Origin: Alphaproteobacteria bacterium
GTDB taxonomy: Bacteria; Pseudomonadota; Alphaproteobacteria; Rhizobiales; Hyphomicrobiaceae
Assembly: GCA_024275435.1 (NCBI GenBank)
Contig: JAJRZC010000398.1
Span: forward strand, 1 to 29,299
Reading direction: 5' to 3'
DNA length: 29,299 bases
Shown: piece by piece, positions 19,622 through 27,861 of the stretch
How positions within the stretch are numbered: position 1 is the stretch's first letter
How the letters are laid out: every line of letters starts with the position of its first letter
The notes under the pieces: model-generated
What the model saw: the letters and a program-made list of their open reading frames with translations, nothing else
Told to the model about the DNA's origin: nothing
Databases searched by the model: none
Made by a program: the position numbers and the translations under genes

Positions 19622-22102
19622 CTATTTGACATCAAATTCTATTCGTCTGTTCTTCGCACGATTCAATTCGTTATTATTGGGAGCTATAGGTCGGCTCTCC
19701 CCATAACCTATCCCTTCAAGCCTTGATTTTTCCACACCCACTTGAACCAGGTAATCAACCACAGACTGAGCCCTTTTTTGAGAAAGAGACATATTGCGGC
19801 GCTTGGTTCCCACAGAATCCGTGTGGCCAGAAACCACGATACGAAAAGATGAGCAAGCTTCAGCTTGTTTGGCAATCTCATCAAGGGTTGCATGGCTCTT
19901 CTGATCAAGCTCAGAACTCGCAAACTTGAAACGTATCACCCCCGATTGAGCAATTTTCTTCATTGCCAAGCCACACGCATCAGCTTCTTTCTTTCTCGTG
20001 GCCTCTCGTTTGGCGTCTAACTCGGCCTCCTTCGTACGGGAAATCTTTTGGGAACGCCGAATTTCCTCAGCCTCCGCCTCAACCTTCCGACGGGCCATTT
20101 CCTGAGATTTCCTTAGCAACTCTTCTTGGGCTCGTTGCTGGGCTACCTTTAAAGCCTCTTGCTTGGCTGCCTCTCTAGCACGATTGAGAGCTTCTTGCTC
20201 TTTTCTCAATCGTTCCGCTTCACGTTTCTCCGCCTCGCGTTGTTCCGCCTCACGCTCAGCCTGTCTGTTCGCAGCCAGCGCAGCCGCAGCATCTGCAGCA
20301 GCTTTCCGCTTTGCTTCATCCTCAGCCCAAATCATCGAGTCCGAACGAACAGTCAATTCTCCGCGCCCAGAATAGCCGCGTACAGACAATTTCTTCAGTT
20401 GGCCTTTAACGGCAGAAGCAACAGCAGTATCCTTGGCCTCACCTGAAACAACCAACTCCTGCCCCGATAAGGTTGCACGGCCTTTACGTAGCTTGGACAA
20501 AAGTGAAATTCCAGTTTGAGCCACCCTATTCCAGTTTTTTGCAAAGCTCTGCACAACAACCATCTGATCACGCACTTCCGCTTTAGGAAACAACCTCTTC
20601 GATGCTGCCATCAAATCGCTGCGCGTCTGGCTGTTGGGCACTTCGCCCTCAAGCGTAATTCTTCCCTCGCCATCAGCTTCAACACTCCAGTTGAGGTGCG
20701 GTTCGGGAGGCAAATTGAGCTTGACCTGGACGCGACTTGAACAGGCTCGATTGGCTGCCGCCCGCACATCCCCTTCAAGATTTGCAGCCAGTTTTTCATC
20801 CATTGTCTCACCAACAACCGACACCGACTGGCCAACAAGATTAACAACACCCGCCCCTAGTTTTTTCACACCCATAAGACCAGCGGCAAGACATGCGCGC
20901 CAACTCTGAGGCTCACCCGAACCAAGCTTCAGGTCATCGACAATTGTCCTGTCTGGAAACCTGTCACCAACGATCTGGATTAACTTGGCTCGCTCTTCAT
21001 CATTGGGAACATAACCGTACAAGCGGACTCGAGATTTTTGCGCATCAATAGACGTCACAAAAGGATTGATTCTAGGAGGTTTTGGTTTTGGAAATGTAAG
21101 ATCCGTCGTCATTGTAAACGAATCTGGTACATCCTCACTTGCAACATTGGAAATTTGATCAGCAATATCCTTGCTTGGCGCCCGGCCGGTCAGACCCAGC
21201 GCGTCATCCTTCATGTGCGCTTCACCCTCTTCCAACAGCGCAAGTTGATCGATGAGTACGCCTGTTGCCTGGACCCAACCCGGCACAGCCCCCGCCGCAG
21301 TTTCCATCCGGTCAATGATCGCCAGTTTTGGAAACCGTTTTTTAGAATATTCAAACAATTGTAAACGCGAAGACTCGCTGGGAACATACCCCGATATGAC
21401 AAGTTGAGAAGCGGTCCGCTTGGCACGCCACGTATAGGGGCTAACAGAAGGCGGTGACACATCTTGTTTGGCAAGCTGCACGCCAGAGGGTGCCCCTTTG
21501 GAAAGCGCAGAGCATACGTCCTTGTAAACCGCATAACTTGGCGCCAGGCCCTCAAGCGAAAATTTCATATTTATGAACTCAAGCCTGCCCCGCTCAAGGC
21601 CGGAAAGTTGCTTAAGTCCGAATGAAACACCCTCAAGCCAAGGCTTGATCTCGATCCCCCCCCTGGCAAGTTTCAGACGATCCAGGATATCCACATCGGG
21701 AAAACGGCTTTTCACTGCCTTGAGAACAGAAACACGAACCTGCTCATTGGGAACAAATCCACTTAGAATAAGTTGATTTTTGGAATAGTCCGCGGACCAC
21801 ACAAAACGATCCATGGCCTTAAGCAGCGTCACTTGATTGGTGACAACCCGAACACCGTGCACACCGCGCACAATGGCAGCCGCTTCCTCCCGATCTTCTG
21901 AAGAAGGTGCACGCCCATTCAAGACACCATCGCGACCATCAAAACGAGCATGTGCCCAACCCTGCCCTGCCTGCTCCAAAGCATTTTGCGCACGCAGCGC
22001 AAGATCAGATTCAATAGGTGCACGTTCACTAACAAACGTGATCCAAAACCACATAGCAAGTAGCGGTATGCCCCATAACCACCGCCAAGGATTGCATTTC
22101 AT
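19622..22102 (-). CDS. OmpA-family protein: N-terminal TM/signal anchor, about 4 BON-like repeats, a long coiled coil and an OmpA C-terminal peptidoglycan-binding domain
   Basis: The C-terminus reads FRIVVSGHTDSVGTKRRNMSLSQKRAQSVVDYLVQVGVEKSRLEGIGYGESRPIAPNNNELNRAKNRRIEF, the classic OmpA_C motif. Repeated ~70-aa units (for example LILSGFVPNEQVRVSVLKAVKSRFPDVDILDRLKL and LVISGYVPSESSRLQLFEYSKKRFPKLAIIDRMETA) look BON-like. An E/R/A-rich heptad coiled coil is encoded at ~19960-20340. Confidence 0.75.
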   Translation of the reverse strand: MKCNPWRWLWGIPLLAMWFWITFVSERAPIESDLALRAQNALEQAGQGWAHARFDGRDGVLNGRAPSSEDREEAAAIVRGVHGVRVVTNQVTLLKAMDRFVWSADYSKNQLILSGFVPNEQVRVSVLKAVKSRFPDVDILDRLKLARGGIEIKPWLEGVSFGLKQLSGLERGRLEFINMKFSLEGLAPSYAVYKDVCSALSKGAPSGVQLAKQDVSPPSVSPYTWRAKRTASQLVISGYVPSESSRLQLFEYSKKRFPKLAIIDRMETAAGAVPGWVQATGVLIDQLALLEEGEAHMKDDALGLTGRAPSKDIADQISNVASEDVPDSFTMTTDLTFPKPKPPRINPFVTSIDAQKSRVRLYGYVPNDEERAKLIQIVGDRFPDRTIVDDLKLGSGEPQSWRACLAAGLMGVKKLGAGVVNLVGQSVSVVGETMDEKLAANLEGDVRAAANRACSSRVQVKLNLPPEPHLNWSVEADGEGRITLEGEVPNSQTRSDLMAASKRLFPKAEVRDQMVVVQSFAKNWNRVAQTGISLLSKLRKGRATLSGQELVVSGEAKDTAVASAVKGQLKKLSVRGYSGRGELTVRSDSMIWAEDEAKRKAAADAAAALAANRQAEREAEQREAEKREAERLRKEQEALNRAREAAKQEALKVAQQRAQEELLRKSQEMARRKVEAEAEEIRRSQKISRTKEAELDAKREATRKKEADACGLAMKKIAQSGVIRFKFASSELDQKSHATLDEIAKQAEACSSFRIVVSGHTDSVGTKRRNMSLSQKRAQSVVDYLVQVGVEKSRLEGIGYGESRPIAPNNNELNRAKNRRIEFDVK

Positions 22103-22664
22103 CTAGTCACAAACTCCAACGGTAAGTAAAATCCCCATTCGAGAACACTTCTCGGCCCAAAACCACCAACACCTGAAAGGCGGACAAATTCACACGGGCA
22201 CGAATGATATATTGATAAACACGCCCTATCGCACCTAAGCCAAATAAGGCTTTAGCGCTCCCCAGTTCGCACTATACTGGCCCAACATCTTGTTGCAAGG
22301 CATCATCAAGAAAATCGATATAATTCAACATTCCCGGACCAACGCTTAGGCTCCCTGGAAGGAAGACTTCTCCACGATTTATCTATCCGACAACCCAAAC
22401 AAGCGCCCAAACGAATACAAACACGACCTGTCAAAATTTAGATCAAGCCCTACCAGAACCATAGGAAAGGACCTTCAGCTCAAAACACGCAACAAAAGAG
22501 AGCATTAACTGACGGCAAACACATGCATTTCGACACAAAACTTTAACAATCCAGACAGATCAGCAGGAATTGCAATCATTAAAAACAGCGTTAGCAGACC
22601 CATCTCTTATACCTGTAGTTGAACCAGCAAACTTGATCGTACCTATAACCTTGTCACAGTCCGG

Positions 22665-24800
22665 TCACGCTGCCACAACTTCTCCAGATACACCCTTTGA
22701 AATAAGGACACCGATGTCTTTCTCGCAAACGGGTTTACTGAACAAATACCCTTGCACTTCATCACACCCAAGCCTGATGACTTCGTGAAGCTGAGAAGAA
22801 GTCTCAACCCCTTCCGCCACTGTACGAATTTCTAATTTTTGAGCCAATATAACAATCGCAGCGACAATTGCCGCGTGCTGATGCCGGTCAATCATGTCTC
22901 GAACAAACATCTGATCGATCTTGATTTTATCAAATGGAAACGCCAACAAATAGCTGAGAGATGCATAACCTGTCCCAAAGTCATCAAGTGAAAAATTCAC
23001 ACCAATTGAACGAAGCGCGTGCATTGTTGCAATTGTTTCAGGATCATCCTTCAAAAGCAGGCTTTCGGTGACCTCCAACTCCAGCCTGTTAGCAGCAAGC
23101 CCAGCATCTTCAAGAGCTGATCTTGTGACTTCAACAAGATCAGAGGTTTGAAACTGCAAGGGCGACAGATTGACAGAAACTTTTACATCATCAGGCCATG
23201 TGCTTGCCTCAAGGCAGGCTTTGCGCAAAGCCCACTCCCCCAGATAACCAATAAGGCCAAGACCTTCGGCAACCGGTATAAAGTCACAAGGCGCTACCCA
23301 ACCGCGCAAAGGGTCCTTCCATCGCATAAGAGCTTCACAACTGACGATTCGAGAACCATCAACTCCCACAATGGGTTGATAAAAAAGTTCAAGTTGTCCA
23401 TCTCGAATAGCTTGACGAAGGTCCAACTCCAACGCGCGCCGTGTACGTATGGAAGTCTTAAGTTCCTGACGGAATAAAACCGCCACACCTCGCCCCTCGT
23501 CTTTGGCTCTGTAAAGAGCGATATCAGCCCTCTTGATGACTTCGTCACACGAATTGAAATTGCACGCCCCCGTAACAACACCGATGCTTGCACCAATCAA
23601 AATACTCTGTCCCTGGATATGAAATGGAGAGCTTAATATTTCGATGAGGCGGTTGGCCGCCGCCAAAGCATTTGTCTCACTCTCCACCCCCATCTTCCCA
23701 ATACCTGTCTGAATAACAGCAAACTCATCGCCACCAAGACGGGCAACAAAATCACCCTTGCGCATGGATTTCTTGATCCGGGCAGCTGCAAGCCTCAGCA
23801 AAACATCACCAACAGCATGACCCAAGGTGTCATTGACGTCTTTAAAATGGTCAAGATCAATAAGGTGTACAGCAAACCCCTCTCCTTGCGCACAAAGCTC
23901 AATTTGACGGTCGAGTTGTTCACAAAAACAATAACGGTTGGCGACACCCGTCAAGGAATCCCTGCGTGCGAGTCGATTGATCTTCTCGTCTTTTCGTCTC
24001 TTATCTGTAATATCTTCGTGAATCGCAACACATCCACCATCCGACATTGGCTCATAAGTAATCAATATCATACGCCCGTTACTCATTAAAAATTCGAGTT
24101 CCGCACGTTTGCGTCGGCCCATCATATCACTATGAACCGCAAACCATTTCGCCACATACTTATCACGTTCCTCAGGAGATAAATTCTCGCGAGAAGCCCG
24201 TTCAACAAGCAGATCGTGTAGTGAAACTCCCGCATAACAATTGTCTTTCGAAAGGTCATAAATTTTTCGGAACTGCTCATTGCAAACAACAAGATTCTTA
24301 TCCGCATCAAACATCGTAAGACCGCGCACCATATTATTAAGCGCCGCCTCAAAACGAAGGTTCAGCTGCTCGATAAGTTCCTGCTGTCCGAGCAATGACA
24401 CCGCATTCGCTTTGAAAACTTGAAGAGCACGAGACAAATCTCCCAGTTCATCCTCGTCATGTAAATGAGTTATTTGAACATCAACATCATTGCGCGAAAT
24501 ACGCAGCATCTTGTCAGTGATATCCTCAAGGCGCACTGCAAACCTTCGCACCACCACGACGGCTAAGGGACATAAAAGAAGAAGGGCAACACCCCCAGCA
24601 ACAAAGCAAATAATCCAAAGACTCGAAGCATCAATAAGAAGTTGACGCCCCATAACCCCTTCCGTTATCGCACGCGAAACATCTCCAGAAAAACGTTGGG
24701 TGGTGAGGGCAAGAGAAAGCAACAAGGTTGTAAGTGCGCCAACGATAATCAAAAGCTGAGTTGAGACACTAAGTCCGAAAGACGAAACAGAACGAAGCAT
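22665..24800 (-). CDS. Membrane sensor diguanylate cyclase/phosphodiesterase (2TM-HAMP-PAS-GGDEF-EAL)
   Basis: Two TM helices flank a short loop, followed by a HAMP-like segment and a PAS-like region. The GGDEF motif is intact (RLGGDEFAV). The EAL domain has the EVTE catalytic motif variant plus DDFGTGYASLSYL and the QGYLFSKP C-terminal signature. Confidence 0.9.
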   Translation of the reverse strand: MLRSVSSFGLSVSTQLLIIVGALTTLLLSLALTTQRFSGDVSRAITEGVMGRQLLIDASSLWIICFVAGGVALLLLCPLAVVVVRRFAVRLEDITDKMLRISRNDVDVQITHLHDEDELGDLSRALQVFKANAVSLLGQQELIEQLNLRFEAALNNMVRGLTMFDADKNLVVCNEQFRKIYDLSKDNCYAGVSLHDLLVERASRENLSPEERDKYVAKWFAVHSDMMGRRKRAELEFLMSNGRMILITYEPMSDGGCVAIHEDITDKRRKDEKINRLARRDSLTGVANRYCFCEQLDRQIELCAQGEGFAVHLIDLDHFKDVNDTLGHAVGDVLLRLAAARIKKSMRKGDFVARLGGDEFAVIQTGIGKMGVESETNALAAANRLIEILSSPFHIQGQSILIGASIGVVTGACNFNSCDEVIKRADIALYRAKDEGRGVAVLFRQELKTSIRTRRALELDLRQAIRDGQLELFYQPIVGVDGSRIVSCEALMRWKDPLRGWVAPCDFIPVAEGLGLIGYLGEWALRKACLEASTWPDDVKVSVNLSPLQFQTSDLVEVTRSALEDAGLAANRLELEVTESLLLKDDPETIATMHALRSIGVNFSLDDFGTGYASLSYLLAFPFDKIKIDQMFVRDMIDRHQHAAIVAAIVILAQKLEIRTVAEGVETSSQLHEVIRLGCDEVQGYLFSKPVCEKDIGVLISKGVSGEVVAA

Positions 24801-25090
24801 TGCTTACCTGCAAAAAATCAACAGACCACAACAAACACAGCTCAAAAGCTCGAAGCAGCCAGCAACAAGGACGCCAAGGCCCCAACAACAAATCAGCAAG
24901 CTCTAGCCATCAAGCCGACAAACTGAAAATCCTTCAAAGCCGTCATCTCAAAGTGAAGACGGCCTGCCTTAAAGAGGGAAACAAAGGCAATAGCACAACC
25001 ATAGCGTGCATTGATTAGCAATAGATTGAGAACCCAGATAAATTTGAAATAATTCCATATCGCCACCAAAATCAGACCCGCATCAAATTT

Positions 25091-25142
25091 AAAAAAGCCC
25101 CGAGGTAGGATCAAGAAAACCCAAGCCTCGAGGCTTTTTTTA
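25091..25142. terminator. Hairpin flanked by an A-run and a T-run (bidirectional terminator-like), downstream of the SPFH gene
   Basis: aaaaaa-GCCCCGAGG-(20-nt loop)-CCTCGAGGC-ttttttt: a 9-bp stem with one mismatch. The inner AAGCC-tcga-GGCTT can also pair. A-run on one side, T-run on the other. Confidence 0.5.
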
Positions 25143-25205
25143 ATTTGAAAGTTATTTCCAGACACCCAAACGAAACAACCAGTACCTGGTTCACCAACGC
25201 GACAT

Positions 25206-26477
25206 CTAGGCAGACGAAACGTCCTTATGATCTTTCCCTAAGGTGTAAAGATTGTTCAAAAGTGCTTCCAGGCCACCACCTTCACCAGCGTGAAGGTCAA
25301 TTCGTCCAACCTTCTCAACAAGTCGCTCCAAAGATTCCAATTCCTTCAGGCGCAGCAACAGTGGATTGTCCTCCATCAGCTTAGCTGTATTCAACAAAGA
25401 ACGCGTCGCGGCGGTTTCTTCCTGACGTCGAATGAGGTTTGCTTTTGCCACCCTTTCCGCCTCAACGACCTTGTTGAGAAGTTCGCGCACATCACCTGGC
25501 AGGATGACATCTTTAACGCCGATCTCACCCACTTCGATACCAAGTTTTTCCGCCCGTGTTGTGACAAAGGAACGAACTTCCTGATCAATCTTGTCACGCG
25601 CTGCCAAGATATCATCAAGCGTACGCTTAGCCACAGCTTCACGAATGGCAAACTGAATGTACCGGTAGATTGTATTGGACACATCCCTTGCACCAAGCAC
25701 CGCTGTTTCAGGATCAACAACCTTGGTAAACGCTGTCAATGTCACCCGAATCCCAACACGGTCCTTTGTAAGGATTTCTTGAGCCGTAACTTCGAGCGGC
25801 TGCGGACGCAGGTCAACCTTCGCAACACGAACGTTGCGCGCCACTGCCCAAAACGCATGACGGCCGGGATTCAACAATTCCTGAAACTGACCATCGACAA
25901 TCAGCAACCCAGCCTCATGGGCCTCAACAATCTCGTTCGTGACAACTGAGATGTTCGTCAAATCGAGCATGTCGAGATGTTGCTTCTTTACGCGCAGGTC
26001 AACACTCGTATTAATGCGCTCTACATCCACACGCGTCACTGTTTTCCAAAACGCGCGCGTCGAATTGGGTCGCAGCAAATGCTGAGGCTCACCATCAAAG
26101 GAGACGATAGCCACCTCATTCGCCTCGGTCTGTACAATTTCAAAATTATTTTCCGTCATTTGCGGCATGGTTTTTTTAAACAACAATGCCTGTTCGGTCG
26201 AAATTTCCGCACGAACAACCTTGACGACAATGGCATTCAAATTCCCATTAGGATCAAACACGCGAAACCGGCCCGGCTCCAGCAAGCGCACGAACCGGCC
26301 ATTGCGATACAGAAATCCGCGCTCGTCATCTCGAACAATCACCTTGAAAAAGCCAATTGATCGCGACACCCCGAAACGGGCCATGATACACTCCAACAAA
26401 AAAATCTCGTACACAACGAGACGAACAATCAAAATCAAGGCCACCGGTCGCCAACCCACACGAACCACACGGGCCAA
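25206..26477 (-). CDS. SPFH/band-7 (stomatin/HflC-like) domain protein
   Basis: The central region ...VRVAKVDLRPQPLEVTAQEILTKDRVGIRVTLTAFTKVVDPETAVLGARDVSNTIYRYIQFAIREAVAKRTLDDILAARDKIDQEV... is a typical SPFH core, followed by a coiled-coil tail. The ORF-track start is TTG; an internal ATG (MARFGVSRSIGFFKV, ~26384) is an alternative. Confidence 0.8.
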   Translation of the reverse strand: MARVVRVGWRPVALILIVRLVVYEIFLLECIMARFGVSRSIGFFKVIVRDDERGFLYRNGRFVRLLEPGRFRVFDPNGNLNAIVVKVVRAEISTEQALLFKKTMPQMTENNFEIVQTEANEVAIVSFDGEPQHLLRPNSTRAFWKTVTRVDVERINTSVDLRVKKQHLDMLDLTNISVVTNEIVEAHEAGLLIVDGQFQELLNPGRHAFWAVARNVRVAKVDLRPQPLEVTAQEILTKDRVGIRVTLTAFTKVVDPETAVLGARDVSNTIYRYIQFAIREAVAKRTLDDILAARDKIDQEVRSFVTTRAEKLGIEVGEIGVKDVILPGDVRELLNKVVEAERVAKANLIRRQEETAATRSLLNTAKLMEDNPLLLRLKELESLERLVEKVGRIDLHAGEGGGLEALLNNLYTLGKDHKDVSSA

Positions 26478-26737
26478 CGCTTAAGTCGAGCGCCTCACAC
26501 CTTACACCATCGCCTAAAGCGCCCTCCACCCCGAGGAGTTTCAAACACGAGAAGCGATAGCTCCAGTACAAGCACGCCAGACGGTATCCGCGCTGGCGCA
26601 AAGTGCGAACCGTGCTGCCTTCAAATCTTCCACCTTTGGCCGAGGGCCGCTGGTTTCCAATTCTCCAGCAGGATCGAACGACCGGCTCCCTGTGATCTTA
26701 GAGTCGGTCCAAAACCGATTGTGCTTAAAAGGCACTG

Positions 26738-26810
26738 CAAACGACGCGGGAGTTGAACCCACGACCGCAGGATTATAAGTCCTGTGCTCTACCAACTGAG
26801 CTAGTCGTTA
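26738..26810 (-). tRNA. Non-canonical tRNA-like gene, anticodon UAU (Ile-AUA type), with a U1.U72 mismatch and no encoded CCA
   Basis: Folded by hand on the minus strand: TAACGAC-TA-GCTC-AGTTGGTA-GAGC-A-CAGGA-CTTATAA-TCCTG-CGGTC-GTGGG-TTCAACT-CCCGC-GTCGTTT-G. The D, anticodon and T arms are good; the anticodon loop gives TAT; the acceptor stem has 6 bp plus a U.U at 1:72; the next bases are CAG, not CCA. It starts immediately after the CCA of the adjacent tRNA-like gene. Confidence 0.5.
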
Positions 26811-26883
26811 TGGAGGAGCTAAAGGGAATCGAACCCCCCACCTGCCGGTTAAACCGGCCGCTCTACCACTGAGCTATAACCCC
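26811..26883 (-). tRNA. tRNA-Ala-like gene (G3.U70 alanine identity, Ala-type acceptor and CCA) with an aberrant 5-nt anticodon loop; possible pseudogene
   Basis: Minus strand: GGGGTTA-TA-GCTC-AGTGGTA-GAGC-G-GCCGG-TTTAA-CCGGC-AGGTG-GGGGG-TTCGATT-CCCTT-TAGCTCC-T-CCA. The acceptor ends are nearly identical to bacterial tRNA-Ala (GGGGCUA...UAGCUCCACCA). The anticodon arm is a 5-bp stem closing only 5 nt (UUUAA), so no normal anticodon is presented; the alternative 4-bp-stem fold presents UUA. Confidence 0.5.
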
Positions 26884-27202
26884 GGGTATCCCTAAAGATG
26901 CGGAACACGACAAAAACCGCAAAGCGGCACGCGCCAGCCGGAACTCAAAGAATCCGCACACAAGGCATCATAAAGGATGAGCGCAACAAGCTTAGAAATC
27001 CGGCCAAATTGAGGAAACAGTACCCAAGTCTTCGCTCTCATCTGGACTTTGGAATGAACCTCTTTCACCCAACTGTGTCCCAAAGAAATAGCAAACTGTT
27101 TTGCTCAACAAACCAACTCAACAGGTAACAATAAGGTCGAGAAAGACCCTGACCTATCAACGCTAGTTTTCAATCCGAACCGCCATTCATCATGTTGCCT
27201 CC

Positions 27203-27291
27203 AGGAGAAAAAGCGGAAGGGCGGAGCCAAAAAATGAAAGAGAAAGAAAGGGGCAAGAAGAGAGGGAGAGTGAACAGGTAAGGGACAGGAA
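27203..27291 (+). other. Strand-asymmetric polypurine tract (~89 nt, ~89% A+G on the + strand)
   Basis: aggagaaaaagcggaagggcggagccaaaaaatgaaagagaaagaaaggggcaagaagagagggagagtgaacaggtaagggacaggaa. The six-frame ORFs running through it are translation artefacts of this purine/pyrimidine bias. Confidence 0.7.
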
Positions 27292-27463
27292 TTCAAAGCC
27301 TGTCGAACCTAAAGCAAAAAACAGCTGCCAAGAAATAGTAAAAACAAAAATTTCCTTGCACTTGGCATCAAATATGAGCAAGACCCTGAATTATGGTAGC
27401 GGTTCAAGCCATTGAGAAAACCACCTGAACGCACTAAACTGACTCGCACCAACCAACATCAAA

Positions 27464-27540
27464 GGCCCCGTAGCTCAGCAGGATAGAGCATCAGATTCCT
27501 AATCTGAGGGTCACGCGTTCGAATCGCGTCGGGGTCACCA
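27464..27540 (+). tRNA. tRNA-Arg (anticodon CCU)
   Basis: 77-nt canonical cloverleaf: GGCCCCG-TA-GCTC-AGCAGGATA-GAGC-A-TCAGA-TTCCTAA-TCTGA-GGGTC-ACGCG-TTCGAAT-CGCGT-CGGGGTC-A-CCA. The anticodon loop is U-U-CCU-A-A. Confidence 0.9.
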
Positions 27541-27584
27541 ATGATTTCAAGGGGTTATGAATTATAATCAGTATTCTCTTTATT

Positions 27585-27606
27585 AACTTTCTACCAACTT
27601 TCTACC
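27585..27606 (+). repeat. Perfect tandem direct repeat, 2 x 11 bp (aactttctacc), 45 nt downstream of tRNA-Arg
   Basis: ttaactttctaccaactttctaccaaaa. A second imperfect direct repeat (aaaggtagggg c aaaggtaaggg) lies at ~27803-27825. Confidence 0.7.
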
Positions 27607-27861
27607 AAAATGCAGGGGGCTTTCAGGCGCATCAGTGAGACGCAGTGAGCAGTTGCCCCAAGTTTATACCAATCCCCTCCATGCTCTGCGTATCGCTCTG
27701 GCGGCCTATCCCATGCGGCAATTCGATATTCCTGACCGCTTCAGGCCATGTCCTTGAAACGCCACCCCCTCGCTTTCCCCTGGAAATGCCCCTGACATTC
27801 AGAAAGGTAGGGGCAAAGGTAAGGGCGCATGTTTGGAACTGGCGGAAAACTTACGTTATTT

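Noticed and set aside
26541-26795. 84-aa minus-strand ORF (MVEHRTYNPAVVGSTP...)
   Set aside because: It starts at a TTG inside the D-loop of the tRNA-like gene and simply reads through the tRNA and its trailer. This is a classic tRNA-overlap artefact.
26811-26883. Possibility that the Ala-like element is part of a (two-piece) tmRNA, given G3.U70, the TAGCTCC-CCA end and smpB in the window
   Set aside because: It has a complete D-arm and an anticodon-type arm. A tmRNA tRNA-like domain lacks these and joins to a tag-coding region instead. No tag ORF or pseudoknot context was seen, and smpB is 14 kb away.
26898-27128. 76-aa highly basic ORF (MRNTTKTAKRHAPAGTQRIRTQG...) in the purine-rich spacer
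   Set aside because: The Lys/Arg richness follows directly from the A/G-rich strand bias. There is no clear ribosome-binding site and no recognisable domain. Kept only as a remote small-protein possibility.
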